64,000 bases of DNA from Myxococcota bacterium (GCA_041687695.1 JAWLBL010000008.1:160001-224000), one strand, 5' to 3'. Positions 41,372 to 51,486 are shown, numbered from the stretch's first letter. Made by a program: numbers and translations. The notes: generated by a model not told the origin, from the sequence alone.

Positions 41372-42631
41372 TCAGGTGCCCGCCGAGTAGTCCGTGGCGT
41401 ACGTGATCTGCTCCTCGGTCAGGGCGTCGATGGCGATGCCCTGGGTCTGCAGCTTGATGGTCGCGATTCGCTGGTCGTTCTCGGCCGGCAGCGTGTAGAC
41501 CTTGCGGCCTAGATCCTGGTGGGTCGAGGCGACCATGCACAGGGCCTGCGCCTGGTTGGCGAAGGACATGTCCATGACCTCGGAGGGGTGCCCCTCGGCC
41601 GCGGCCAGGTTCACCAGGCGCCCCTGGCCGATGACGTAGACGCGGCGGCCGTCCTCGAGGGTGTACTCCTCGTTGTTCGGGCGGACGGTGCGCTTGCGCG
41701 ACGCCAGCGTCTCGAGGTCGCCCAGGTTCAGCTCGCAGTCGTAGTGGCCGGTGTTGCAGACCACCGCGCCGTCCTTCATCGAGGCGAAGTGGCGCTTGAC
41801 GATGACGTCCTTCATGCCCGTCGCGGTGATGAAGATGTCGCCGATCTTGGCGGCCTCGTCCATCGGCATGACCCGGTAGCCCTCGAGCGTCGCCTTGAGG
41901 GCCGCGGTCGGCTTGATCTCGGTCACGACGACGTTGGCCCCCATGCCCTTGGCGCGCTGCGCGACGCCGCGGCCGCAGTGGCCGTAGCCGGCGACGACGA
42001 AGGTCTTGCCGGCCAGCAGGATGCTGGTCGCGCGCAGGATGCCGTCGAGGCTGGACTGGCCGGTGCCGTAGACGTTGTCGAAGTCCCACTTGGTCTCGGA
42101 GTCGTTGACCGCGATGACCGGGTACTTGAGCGCCCCGTCATCGGCCATCGCGCGCAGGCGGTGGACGCCGGTGGTCGTCTCCTCGGTGCCGCCCTTGATG
42201 CTCTCGCACAGCTCCGGGAACTTGGAGTGCACGCGGAAGATGAGGTCCGCGCCGTCGTCGAGCGTCAGGGTCGGCTTGAAGTCCAGGGTGCGGTCGATGC
42301 ACCAGTAGAACTCCTCGGTGTTCATGCCGTGCCAGGCGTAGATGCTGAACCCGTCGGCCGCCAGGGCCGCGGCGATGTCGTCCTGGGTCGACAGCGGGTT
42401 GCAGCCCGACCAGCTGATCTCGGCGCCCGCCGCGCGGAGCGTGCGGATGAGGACCGCCGTCTCCTTCGTGACGTGCAGGCAGCCGGCGATGCGCTCGCCG
42501 GCGAGCGGCTTGGTCCGCTCGAACTCCTCGCGCAGCGCCATCAGCACCGGCATGCGGCTCTCGGCCCACTCGATCTTCAGACGCCCGCGGTCCGCGAGGC
42601 CGATGTCCGCCACCTTGTAGTTCGTCGTCAT
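41372..42631 (-). CDS. ahcY: Adenosylhomocysteinase
   Basis: GCLHVTKET, CNPLSTQD, LDDGADL, EETTTGV, FDNVYGTGQS, GRLVNLAAAEGHPSEVMDMSFANQ. Confidence 0.96.
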   Translation of the reverse strand: MTTNYKVADIGLADRGRLKIEWAESRMPVLMALREEFERTKPLAGERIAGCLHVTKETAVLIRTLRAAGAEISWSGCNPLSTQDDIAAALAADGFSIYAWHGMNTEEFYWCIDRTLDFKPTLTLDDGADLIFRVHSKFPELCESIKGGTEETTTGVHRLRAMADDGALKYPVIAVNDSETKWDFDNVYGTGQSSLDGILRATSILLAGKTFVVAGYGHCGRGVAQRAKGMGANVVVTEIKPTAALKATLEGYRVMPMDEAAKIGDIFITATGMKDVIVKRHFASMKDGAVVCNTGHYDCELNLGDLETLASRKRTVRPNNEEYTLEDGRRVYVIGQGRLVNLAAAEGHPSEVMDMSFANQAQALCMVASTHQDLGRKVYTLPAENDQRIATIKLQTQGIAIDALTEEQITYATDYSAGT

Positions 42632-42659
42632 CGTCTTGGTCTCCAATGTTACCTGCCCG

Positions 42660-43607
42660 CTACTCGGCGAGCTTGTCCTCGAGCTCGGGCAGCTCGACCA
42701 TCGTGCCGTTCAGGAAGAAGGTCGGCGTCCCATCGACCTTGAATCGGTTGGCCTCGTCGAGGTCGCGCGCGAGGACCGCCACGAGCTGCGGGTCCTTCAT
42801 GTCGGCCTCGAAGCGCGCCATGTCGAGGCCCGCCTGCTGGGCGAGCTCTCGGATGACCTGGGAGGTCAGGCGCTTTTGGTTCTCGTACAGGAGATCGTTG
42901 AGCGCCCAGAACTTGTCCTGGCGCGCGGCGGCGAGCGAGGCGACGGCGGCCTCGCGGGCCATCGGGTGGATGTCGAGCGGCAGGTGCTTGACGTACAGCA
43001 CCGCGTCGCTACCCGCCACCAGCTCCTTGAGCGGCCCGGACGCCGCCCGGCAGTAGGGGCACTGGTAGTCGGTGAACTCGACGACGACGTGCTTGGCCTT
43101 GGGGTCGCCGAGGCGCGGTGAGCCCGTGAAGTCGAACTCGGCCTTGACCGCCGTGCGCTGCAGCTCCTTGAGCAGCTCGCGCACCACCTGCTTTTTGCTC
43201 AGGCCCTGACCGACCAGCGCGACCGTCTGGTTCGCCAGCGTCGTCGCCCGCTCGCAACGCTTGGGGTCGTGCAGGCTCTCGAGGAAGCTGCGAGGCGCGC
43301 CGCAGGGGTCGAACTGCTCGGAGAAGACCTGCAGCAGGATCTCCCGCTCGGCCGCGTCCAGGTCCTTGACGTCCAGCCAGGCCGGCAGGGCCGGACCGGT
43401 CGCCGGGCGGGCCGCCTGCGCGTCGGCGCCCGCGGTCGTCGGGCTGGTCGCCACGGGCCGCGACTCGCCGGCCGCGGCGGGCCGGTCCTCCCGGGTGTTT
43501 TGACAGACGCACTGCGTCAGCGTACAAAACGCCAGGATCACGAGCGAAATCGGGCGAGGCAGCGCGCCGCGCGTCCGGGCCCCCGCGATGGGTCTCGAGC
43601 TCGTCAT
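42660..43607 (-). CDS. DsbA-family thioredoxin-fold protein
   Basis: VEFTDYQCPYC, KHLPL, GTPTFFLNG. Confidence 0.87.
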   Translation of the reverse strand: MTSSRPIAGARTRGALPRPISLVILAFCTLTQCVCQNTREDRPAAAGESRPVATSPTTAGADAQAARPATGPALPAWLDVKDLDAAEREILLQVFSEQFDPCGAPRSFLESLHDPKRCERATTLANQTVALVGQGLSKKQVVRELLKELQRTAVKAEFDFTGSPRLGDPKAKHVVVEFTDYQCPYCRAASGPLKELVAGSDAVLYVKHLPLDIHPMAREAAVASLAAARQDKFWALNDLLYENQKRLTSQVIRELAQQAGLDMARFEADMKDPQLVAVLARDLDEANRFKVDGTPTFFLNGTMVELPELEDKLAE

Positions 43608-43677
43608 GTCGGGGTGGTCCTCTGGGTGCGGGTCTAGGGTCGGCCCCCCTAAGGGACGTGCCTCGTAGCACAGGACG

Positions 43678-44187
43678 ATGCCCAAAGCTACATCGAGACA
43701 TGGGCCGCGCCGCGCCTGGATCGGCCTGGGCGCCAACCTCGGCGACGCCCGCGCCGCCGTCGCCCGGGCGCTCCACTGGCTGGACGCCTGCCCGGACCTC
43801 CACCTCGAGGCCGCCTCGCGCCTGCACCGCACGGCGCCGATCGGCCCGCCCCAGCCGGACTACGTCAACGCCGTCGCGCGCGTCCGCACCACCCTCGCCC
43901 CCGAGGCCCTGCTGCTGTCCCTGCAATCCATGGAGCGCGCCGCCGCCCGCCGCCGCACGGTCCGCTGGGGCCCCCGCACCCTCGACCTCGACCTCCTCCT
44001 CTATGACGACGGCCACGGCCAGGTCCGCCTCGCCTCGCCCACCCTGACCCTGCCGCACCCGGAGCTCGCCCGCCGCCGCTTCGTCCTGGGCCCGCTGGCC
44101 GAGCTCGATCCCGATTTGCGGCATCCCGTCCTTGACCGCAGTGTTACCGACCTCCTAGAAACGCTCGCCTCCCTGGAGTCGGCCTGA
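43678..44187 (+). CDS. folK: 2-amino-4-hydroxy-6-hydroxymethyldihydropteridine diphosphokinase
   Basis: IGLGANLG, QPDYVNAV, WGPRTLDLDLL, LPHP...RRFVLGPLAEL. Confidence 0.95.
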   Translation: MPKATSRHGPRRAWIGLGANLGDARAAVARALHWLDACPDLHLEAASRLHRTAPIGPPQPDYVNAVARVRTTLAPEALLLSLQSMERAAARRRTVRWGPRTLDLDLLLYDDGHGQVRLASPTLTLPHPELARRRFVLGPLAELDPDLRHPVLDRSVTDLLETLASLESA

Positions 44188-44188
44188 C

Positions 44189-45196
44189 ATGCCCATTCGC
44201 AGCACAGCCATCGCCCTGGCCCTCGCGACCGCGCTCGCGGCCTGCGCCGACGGCCGGGCCGGTGACCCTCGGCTGACCCCCTCGGTCGAGCGCCGCCTCG
44301 ACCGGGCCCCCGACGCCCCGGCCCCGACCCTGCCGCTCGCGCCGGTCGCCCTCGCCACGCAGGCCGACTTCGACGCCTTCGAGCGCGACGCCCTGGCCCG
44401 CTCGACCCCGGAGACGGTCCTCGGCGTCTACGAGGCGCTCGCCGACGGCGCCCAACCGGGCGCCCGCGAGGCCGACGCCATCCTGCTGCAGCGACTCGCC
44501 CTGCTCAGCTTCTCGGCCAGCGCCGACCAGGCGCGCCTCGAGCGCACCTTCGCCCTGGCCGACCGCCTCCACCGCGAGGCGCCCGCCAGCCCGCACACCC
44601 TGTATCTGCTGGCCTACGTCAAGCGCCTGCTGCTGGTGTCGGCCCGCGCCGGCCGCGCCGGCGAGATCCCGGCCGAGCACCGCGACGTCGCCGACAAGCT
44701 CCGCGACGACTGGACCCGCCTGCTCGCCGCCGCGCCCGACTACGTCGGCCCCTACGAGCAGTCCGCCGCCGGCATCCGCCGCGATCTGGCCGAGCTGACC
44801 GCCGCGTTGGCCCGCCCGGCCGCCGATCCCGGCGCCACGCCGCCGCCCCCCTCGGTCGCGGGCGCCGACGCGACCGAGGCCCGCAGCACCCTGTGGCGCC
44901 ACGAGCACGCCAACCCCGGCGAGCGCAAGACCCTGTGCGAGACCTGGCTGGCCCGCGACGCCGACCTCACGCCCCGCGGTGAGCAGACCCGCTACGCGGA
45001 GCTCGTCTGCGCGGCCGAGGTCGGCGCCCCCGAGGCCGGCTACGCCGCCCTGACGGCGCTGGTCGGGACGCCGTCGCTGGCCGACCCGTGCGCCTGGGCC
45101 GCGCGCCTGGGCACGCCGCCCGCGGGCGCCGCCGACGCGCTGAGCGCCGCCCTGGCCCGCGCGGGGCTGCCCGCCTGCCCGGCGGCGGGGCCCTGA
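44189..45196 (+). CDS. Hypothetical lipoprotein
   Basis: Lipobox LAAC; 1-bp spacing to both neighbours. Confidence 0.65.
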   Translation: MPIRSTAIALALATALAACADGRAGDPRLTPSVERRLDRAPDAPAPTLPLAPVALATQADFDAFERDALARSTPETVLGVYEALADGAQPGAREADAILLQRLALLSFSASADQARLERTFALADRLHREAPASPHTLYLLAYVKRLLLVSARAGRAGEIPAEHRDVADKLRDDWTRLLAAAPDYVGPYEQSAAGIRRDLAELTAALARPAADPGATPPPPSVAGADATEARSTLWRHEHANPGERKTLCETWLARDADLTPRGEQTRYAELVCAAEVGAPEAGYAALTALVGTPSLADPCAWAARLGTPPAGAADALSAALARAGLPACPAAGP

Positions 45197-45197
45197 C

Positions 45198-46178
45198 ATG
45201 ACGGCGCTGGGCCGACGCGTCGGCGTCGGGGTCGTCTTCGGCGTGCTCGTGGGGGTCGGCCTCATGGTCTACTCCGACGCCTCGCAGCTCGCCCAGGGCA
45301 TCGCCTCGTTCGATCTGACGGCGCTCGGGCCGGTGCTGGCGCTGTCGCTGGTCGGCTACGCGCTGCGCGTCGCGAAGTGGGAGGTCTACCTGGCCGCCCT
45401 CGACGTGCGCCTGCCGCGCGTCGACAGCGCGCTGGCGTTCCTCGCCGGCATGGTCATGTCCATCACGCCGGGCAAGGTGGGCGAGGTCCTCAAGAGCTTC
45501 CTGGTCCGCCAGCGCTGGGGGACGCCCGTCGCCACGACCGCGCCCATCGTGGTGGCCGAGCGGCTGACCGACTTCCTCGCGCTGCTGGTGCTGGCCGCCC
45601 TCGGCGCCGCCTCGGCCAGCGGCTACGGCGTCGGCGTCCTGGCCCTCGCAGGTGGGCTGACCGCCGCCCTCCTCGCGGTCGTCGCCTGGCCCCCGGCCAG
45701 CCGCCTGGCCCTGGCCGTCCTCGGGCGCATGCCGGTGCTGAGCCGCGTCACGCCCAAGCTCGAGGAGGCCCACCAGGCGATGCTGCGGCTCATCGGCACG
45801 CGCACCCTCCTGTGGACCACGGCCTTGTCGGTCGTCGCCTGGGGCTGCGAGGCCGTCGGCACCTGGCTCATCCTCAACGCCTTCCCCGGCGTCGAGGCCA
45901 CGCTCGCCGAGGCCACCTTCGTCTACGCCTTCGCGACCATCGCCGGCGCGCTGTCGATGCTGCCCGGCGGCCTGCTCGCCACCGAGGGCTCCATGATCGC
46001 GCTGCTCACCAAGGCGCTGGCCCTCACCGACTCGCGCGCCGTCGCCACCGCCGCGACCCTGCTCGTCCGCTTCTGCACCCTGTGGTTCGGCGTCGCCCTG
46101 GGCCTGGTCGCCCTCGCCGCCTTCCGCCACCGCGCCGCGGCCCACCCGTCCGCGCCCGCCGAGAGCCTGCAGCCCTGA
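45198..46178 (+). CDS. Lysylphosphatidylglycerol-synthase-TM / flippase-like membrane protein
   Basis: ITPGKVGEVLKS, ERLTD, LPGGLLATEG, VRFCTLW. Confidence 0.85.
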   Translation: MTALGRRVGVGVVFGVLVGVGLMVYSDASQLAQGIASFDLTALGPVLALSLVGYALRVAKWEVYLAALDVRLPRVDSALAFLAGMVMSITPGKVGEVLKSFLVRQRWGTPVATTAPIVVAERLTDFLALLVLAALGAASASGYGVGVLALAGGLTAALLAVVAWPPASRLALAVLGRMPVLSRVTPKLEEAHQAMLRLIGTRTLLWTTALSVVAWGCEAVGTWLILNAFPGVEATLAEATFVYAFATIAGALSMLPGGLLATEGSMIALLTKALALTDSRAVATAATLLVRFCTLWFGVALGLVALAAFRHRAAAHPSAPAESLQP

Positions 46179-48235
46179 TGGTCGTCCGCCCGCCACCGGC
46201 CTCCGACAGCGCCTTCGACGTCCTGGCGCGCCTGGTCCGCCTGTCGACCGGCACGGGCGGCGCCTCGTCCGTCGTCAGCGCCGCCTTCGACGCCTGCGAG
46301 CAGCTCACCGGCGCCCAGGGCGTGATGCTGTTCTGCCCGGTGCCCGGCCGCGAGCGCATCGCCCTGGTCTCGCACCGGCACGTGCCCGACGAGGTCACCC
46401 AGCACATCCAGCGCCTCGACGCCGAGGTCGGCGCCGCGGGCCAGGCCGCGCGCGGCGCCCCGGTCGCCGTCATCTCGGTGGACGCCTACCCCGAAGGCCC
46501 CGCCCGCGAGGCCGCCATCCAACTAGGCTACCGCACCACCGTCGGCGTGCGCGTCCACGCCTCGGGGCAGATGACCGGGGTCCTCGGGCTGCTCTTCCGC
46601 GACGCCCAGCCCAAGCTCGACTTCGCCCTGCTCGAGACCCTGGGCGGCGTCATCGGCATGGCCATGGCGCGCGACGCCCTCGAGCGCTCGGCCCAGTTCA
46701 GCGAGCACCGCTACCGCACCCTGGTCGAGCACGTCCCGGTCGCCGTCACCGTCATCCGCAACGAGCGTTTCGAGTACGTCAACCCGGCCATGAGCCTGGT
46801 CCTGCGCCGCCCCGCCGAGGACTTCATCGGCCGCCCGCTGCTGGACCCGGCCGTCTTCCACCCCGACGACCACCCCATCGTCGCCGAGCGCTACGCCGCC
46901 AGCATGCGCGGCGAGGTCTCGCGAGACCTGTTCGACGTGCGCTGCGTCCGCGCCGACGGCGTCCTGCGCGAGGTCGCCTGCCACGGCGTCCGGGTCGACG
47001 ACGAGCGTGGCCCCGCCATGATCGCCATCGGGGTCGACCGCACCGAGCACAACCAGCTGCTCCGCAACGCCGCGCGCGCCCAGAAGCTGCACGCGCTCGG
47101 CACGCTCTCGGGCGGCATCGCCCACGACTTCAACAACCTCCTCGGCACCATCGAGGGCTACGCCTCGCTGCTGCTCGAGGAGGTCGATCTCGGGCCGCGC
47201 GCCAGCTCGCGGCTGTCGATGATCGCCGACTCGGCGCGCCGCGGCAGCCAGCTGACCGCGCGCCTGCTCAACTTCGCGCAGGCGCGTCACCCCGAGCGCG
47301 GGCCGCTGGCCATCGACGCCCTGCTCGCGACGGCGCTGGATCTCGCGCGCCCGCACTTCCACGGCGCCTTCCGCGTCGAGGTCGACCCGCCGCCCGGCGC
47401 CTGGGTCCTGGGCGACGAGTCGCAGCTGCAGCAGGTCCTGCTGAACCTGTTCATCAACGCCCGCGACGCCATGCCCGGCGGCGGGCTGCTACGCGTCGGG
47501 GCGCGCCCGGTCAAGGTCCGCGCCGCCGCCCCGCTCGAGGACCTCGCCCCCGGGCGCTACGTCGCCGTCGACGTGTCCGACACCGGCGGTGGCATTCCCC
47601 ACGAGCACCAACGCACCATCTTCGAGCCCTTCTGGACGACCAAGCCGATGGGCAACGGCACGGGCCTCGGCCTCGCGATGGCCCACGCCATCGTGACGGC
47701 GCACGGCGGCCACCTCGGCGTGCGCTCGCAGCCGGGGCGCGGCGCGACCTTCAGCGTCGTCCTGCCCGCCTGCGACCCGCCCGAGCGCGCCGAGGCGCCC
47801 CCGCCCGACGAGCCTCCACGCGTCGCTGCGCCCCGCGGCGACCGGGCGCGCCCGCGTGTGCTCGCCTTCGACGACGAGGCCGGCATCCGCGCCTTCCTGG
47901 GCGAGGCCCTGAGCGCCATCGGCTTCGACACGCGGCTGTTCGAGACCGGCCGCGCCGCCTTGGCGTTCCTGGACGGCGGGGCGGGCGAGGGCGAGGGCGC
48001 CGGCTGGCCGGACGTCGTGATGATGGACATCTCGATCCCGGGCGAGGACGCGGTGGCGACGCTGGCGGCGCTGCGTGAGCGGCTGCCCGACACGCCCATC
48101 CTCATCTCGTCGGGCTTCGCGCAGCCCCAGGTCGCCGAGCAGCTGACCGCCACGCGGGGCACGGCCTTTCTGCCCAAGCCGTACCGCATCGGGGCGCTGC
48201 GCAAGATGCTGCGCGATCTGCTCGGCGGCGCCTGA
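46178..48235 (+). CDS. Hybrid histidine kinase (GAF-PAS-HisKA-HATPase-REC)
   Basis: TGATG coupling; GGIAHDFNNLL, NLFINARDAM, DTGGG, GTGLGL, C-terminal REC (DDE, MD, LPKPY). Confidence 0.9.
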   Translation: MVVRPPPASDSAFDVLARLVRLSTGTGGASSVVSAAFDACEQLTGAQGVMLFCPVPGRERIALVSHRHVPDEVTQHIQRLDAEVGAAGQAARGAPVAVISVDAYPEGPAREAAIQLGYRTTVGVRVHASGQMTGVLGLLFRDAQPKLDFALLETLGGVIGMAMARDALERSAQFSEHRYRTLVEHVPVAVTVIRNERFEYVNPAMSLVLRRPAEDFIGRPLLDPAVFHPDDHPIVAERYAASMRGEVSRDLFDVRCVRADGVLREVACHGVRVDDERGPAMIAIGVDRTEHNQLLRNAARAQKLHALGTLSGGIAHDFNNLLGTIEGYASLLLEEVDLGPRASSRLSMIADSARRGSQLTARLLNFAQARHPERGPLAIDALLATALDLARPHFHGAFRVEVDPPPGAWVLGDESQLQQVLLNLFINARDAMPGGGLLRVGARPVKVRAAAPLEDLAPGRYVAVDVSDTGGGIPHEHQRTIFEPFWTTKPMGNGTGLGLAMAHAIVTAHGGHLGVRSQPGRGATFSVVLPACDPPERAEAPPPDEPPRVAAPRGDRARPRVLAFDDEAGIRAFLGEALSAIGFDTRLFETGRAALAFLDGGAGEGEGAGWPDVVMMDISIPGEDAVATLAALRERLPDTPILISSGFAQPQVAEQLTATRGTAFLPKPYRIGALRKMLRDLLGGA

Positions 48236-48242
48236 ACGGCGA

Positions 48243-48276
48243 CGGCCGGCGCCCCTCGCGAAGAGGAGGCCGGCCG
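48243..48276. terminator. Hairpin between convergent genes
   Basis: CGGCCGGC...GCCGGCCG stem with inner CCTC/GAGG; no U-tract. Confidence 0.4.
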
Positions 48277-48301
48277 GCGGGGAGGAGCGGGCCCGCGTCG
48301 C

Positions 48302-49000
48302 TCAGTAGGCGGCGCAGTAGCCCCAGGCGTCGCAGTAGCTGCCGACCGGGCAGTCCCAGTCGCTGTAGCAGGTCAGGACCTCGGCGCACATCCCGTCGAT
48401 GCACACGTCCGCGCCGCCGCAGTCCCAGTCGTCGTAGCACTCGGCGTCGGGGTAGCACATCCCGTCGGCCGCGCAGAAGGTGCCCCAGGGGCACTCGCTG
48501 TCCGACAGGCAGCCGGGGAAGGGCTCGCACAGGCCGACGTCCGAGCAGTAGTCGGTCGGCGCGCAGTCCTGATCCTCCCAGCACAGCTCGCCCACCCAGC
48601 ACTGGCCGTCGACCGCGCAGTAGGTCCCGGCGGGGCACTGGTCGTGGTCGACGCAGCCGGGCAGGGCGTAGCAGAAGCCGTCGGACTCGCAGTACTCGCC
48701 GGTGGGGCAGTGGTAGTCCGACGTGCACTCGACCTCCTGGTAGCACACGCCATCGGAGCCGCAGAAATAGCCCGGGGCGCAGTCGCTGTTGCGGTAGCAG
48801 CCCGACGCCGGGGGCGGCGGCGGCGCGGGCGTCGCGTCGTAGCAGACGCCGTCGGCCGCGCAGTAGAAGCCGGCTGGGCAATCCCAATCGTCGTAGCAGC
48901 CATGGGTGCCGCCTTCGATGTAGCATCCGGTGGCGGTCGCCGACAGAACCATGACCGACAGGGCGAGCAGCGGAGCGGAGGGGCGGAGGGTGCGGGACAT
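48302..49000 (-). CDS. Acidic Cys-rich repeat lipoprotein (8 x Cx5Cx5Cx4-5C)
   Basis: Lipobox ATGC; repeats such as CYDDWDCPAGFYCAADGVC. Confidence 0.8.
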   Translation of the reverse strand: MSRTLRPSAPLLALSVMVLSATATGCYIEGGTHGCYDDWDCPAGFYCAADGVCYDATPAPPPPPASGCYRNSDCAPGYFCGSDGVCYQEVECTSDYHCPTGEYCESDGFCYALPGCVDHDQCPAGTYCAVDGQCWVGELCWEDQDCAPTDYCSDVGLCEPFPGCLSDSECPWGTFCAADGMCYPDAECYDDWDCGGADVCIDGMCAEVLTCYSDWDCPVGSYCDAWGYCAAY

Positions 49001-49127
49001 GGCTGACTCCATCAGGTGCGGGCCGAACGGGGCGTCGTGGTCGGCGTCGTTGGCAGCGGCAGAGACGGGACGGGCGAGGGAATCTTCAAAGCTCGTTTCA
49101 CTTTGGCGGAATCGTCGCGCGCGTCGC

Positions 49128-49787
49128 GTGTTCGCGCCGCTCGCCGTGGCGCTGACGCTATCGCTCGGGGCCTGCCTCGAGGCCCCCCCCGCGTCGCCCG
49201 GCCCCGAGGCCACCGTCCAGGCCATCCACGCGGCCTGGGTGTCGGGCGACCTCGCGAGCATGCACCAGCACGTCGATTACCGACAGCGCCTGGCCGACGA
49301 GCTGGGGCCCATCTGGGACGAGGCGCCCGAGGCCGACCGCGCGGACGCCGTCGCGCGGATGCAGGCGCTGTTCGAGCTGTCGACCGAAAAGTACTGGAAC
49401 GATCGCGTCGCCGGCCGCGCGCAGAGGTTGACTGTACGGTACGAGGCGCCGGATATAGCCTGGGTCCGGGTCGAGGCGGTCCCCGTCGCAGGGGTGGCCG
49501 CGGCCGAGGACGCCGGGGCGCCACCGCGGTTCTCCTGGCAGTACCGCGTGCACGCTCGGGAGGGTCGATGGACGGTGACGCAACGGGAGCTCGCGCTCGG
49601 GTTCGCGCGAAGCGACACGAGCGACTTCTTCCGTCAGGTCGTCCGGAGGGTCGAGGCGGAGTTCGGCCGGCGCCCGACGCTGGCGGAGCTGAACGCGAAC
49701 TTGCCCTCGTGGGTGGGCCGGCTGAACCGGAAGGTCTACCGGGTGGAGGCGCTGCCCCCGGCGAAGCCGCGCCCTCGGTCACCCTAG
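49128..49787 (+). CDS. Lipoprotein, possibly distant MlaC/Ttg2D-like
   Basis: Lipobox LGAC; HVDY...LGPIWDEAPEADR...QYRVHAREGRWTV pattern; start inferred. Confidence 0.5.
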   Translation: MFAPLAVALTLSLGACLEAPPASPGPEATVQAIHAAWVSGDLASMHQHVDYRQRLADELGPIWDEAPEADRADAVARMQALFELSTEKYWNDRVAGRAQRLTVRYEAPDIAWVRVEAVPVAGVAAAEDAGAPPRFSWQYRVHAREGRWTVTQRELALGFARSDTSDFFRQVVRRVEAEFGRRPTLAELNANLPSWVGRLNRKVYRVEALPPAKPRPRSP

Positions 49788-49831
49788 CGGCGGCCGCGAG
49801 GTCGGGAGCCGTCCCCGACGCCTCCGCACCG

Positions 49832-51016
49832 GTGGCCGCTCCTGGCCGCGCTCCGCGGAGCGCGGGCAACGGCTGGTTCGGGCTACAGTCGCAGCTGCAG
49901 GTCGGCGTCCAGGACTCGCCCATCGCGCTCCTGGTGCGCAACGACCGCACCAACCGGCTGCTGGCCGGGCTGGCGCAGCAGCTGGACGCGCTGCAGCTGG
50001 CGTCGACCAAGGGCGACGAGCTGCCGGTCCTCGAGATGAGCGTGCGCGAGGTCGCCTACGCGCGCGCCCAGTGGCAGGCGGCCGTGCTCGCGGGTGAGCA
50101 CCGCCTGTACGACCTGGCGACGCTGCTGACCTGGAAGCTGGCGCGGACGCGGCGCATCCAGCTGGTCGCGCGCGTCCTCGTGGGCCCCAGCGAGGAGGCC
50201 GAGAAGGACGGCGCACGCATCGTCATCGAGGAGACCATCACCAGGCAGCGGCTCAAGCGGACCACCGACCACACGCTGGCCGCCCGCATCGCGCGCCGGT
50301 ACAAGTATCGGACCGCGGTCAACGAGCCGTTCGGCAAGCTCTACGCGCGCGCCAGCTACCTCGAGCTGCGTCCCCTCGAGACCAGCGAGGACATCGCGGC
50401 GACGCGTGTCCTGACGCGGGTCAAGGCCAACGATCAGATCTGGAACAAGGTCTGCGACGCGCTCTTCGACGTCGACGCCGTGGTGCAGCGCGACAAGATG
50501 CTCAACGCCGGCTCGAAGTACATCAAGGACGTCTTCGGCATCAAGATCCTGACGGCGCGGCGCGAGGACAGCTACCGGGTCGACGCGCTGATGAGCCAGA
50601 TGGCCTTCGAGCCCGAGCTGGTCGCCGAGCTGGCGCTGAGCGCGGGCGAGCGCATCGAGCATCTGCCGCCGCTCGAGCTGGTCGAGCGCAAGGACTACCT
50701 GTCGCTGCCGCCCGAGCAGAAAAAGCGCACGGGCTGGGAGGCCATCAAGAACGTCTACCGCTGGGGCGGGCAGCTGTTCGAGGTGCAGATCCAGACGGAG
50801 GCGAACTACTACGCCGAGGCGTGGGACCTGTCGAACACGTCGCACCGCACCTTCGAGATGCAGCGGCGCAACATGCGGCGGCAGCTCGAGGAGCGCGTGC
50901 CGCACTACCGCGAGTTCCGGCGCATCCTGAAGGCCATCTTCGGGCGCACCGCCAGCGGCAAGAGCGAGATCGCGACCGACTCGGGCCTGCCGAGCTGGCT
51001 GAAGCTGGTGCCGTGA
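49832..51016 (+). CDS. Divergent RelA/SpoT synthetase-domain protein
   Basis: RVKxxxQIxxK, KDVFGIKI, KDYL...GWEAIK, FEVQIQT, SH..F in canonical order; start uncertain. Confidence 0.68.
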   Translation: MAAPGRAPRSAGNGWFGLQSQLQVGVQDSPIALLVRNDRTNRLLAGLAQQLDALQLASTKGDELPVLEMSVREVAYARAQWQAAVLAGEHRLYDLATLLTWKLARTRRIQLVARVLVGPSEEAEKDGARIVIEETITRQRLKRTTDHTLAARIARRYKYRTAVNEPFGKLYARASYLELRPLETSEDIAATRVLTRVKANDQIWNKVCDALFDVDAVVQRDKMLNAGSKYIKDVFGIKILTARREDSYRVDALMSQMAFEPELVAELALSAGERIEHLPPLELVERKDYLSLPPEQKKRTGWEAIKNVYRWGGQLFEVQIQTEANYYAEAWDLSNTSHRTFEMQRRNMRRQLEERVPHYREFRRILKAIFGRTASGKSEIATDSGLPSWLKLVP

Positions 51017-51486
51017 ACGCGCGCTTCGTCGCGATCGCCGTCGTGGCCGTGGGGATGGCCGCATGGCTGGGCCTGCGGGGCTGCGAGAGCGAGGCCGAGG
51101 CGCGCGTCACGGCGACGCTCGAGGCGCTGGCGCTCGCGGCCGAGGCGGGTGACGGCGACGCCATCCACGACCACCTGGCGGCCGACTACCGGGACCGCCT
51201 GGGGCACGACGCCGAGGGGCTGACGCGGCGCATCCTGGCGGAGCGCGAGCTCTGGGACCGCTGGGACGTCCAGCTCGACGGCCTGCGCGTCGAGGTCGAC
51301 GAGGACGCCGGCTTCGCCAAGGCGAGCTTCCGGCCCGTCTTCGAGGGCGAGCCGGCCGAGGGCACGCGGCGCAAGCCCTACCGGTTCCGCGACGGGCAGC
51401 GCGTCACGGTCGAGCTGCGGCGGCACGGCGATCGGTGGCTGGTGCACCGCGCCGGCATGGGGCTGTCGCTGCGCGACGCGCTCTGA
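51013..51486 (+). CDS. Membrane-anchored hypothetical protein (NTF2-like fold possible)
   Basis: GTGA overlap with the upstream stop; N-terminal TM; HLAADYRD...LRRHGDRWLV. Confidence 0.6.
   Translation: MNARFVAIAVVAVGMAAWLGLRGCESEAEARVTATLEALALAAEAGDGDAIHDHLAADYRDRLGHDAEGLTRRILAERELWDRWDVQLDGLRVEVDEDAGFAKASFRPVFEGEPAEGTRRKPYRFRDGQRVTVELRRHGDRWLVHRAGMGLSLRDAL

Noticed and set aside
41372..42631. ahcY as part of the radical SAM operon
   Set aside because: Separated by a clear terminator and a dedicated downstream promoter
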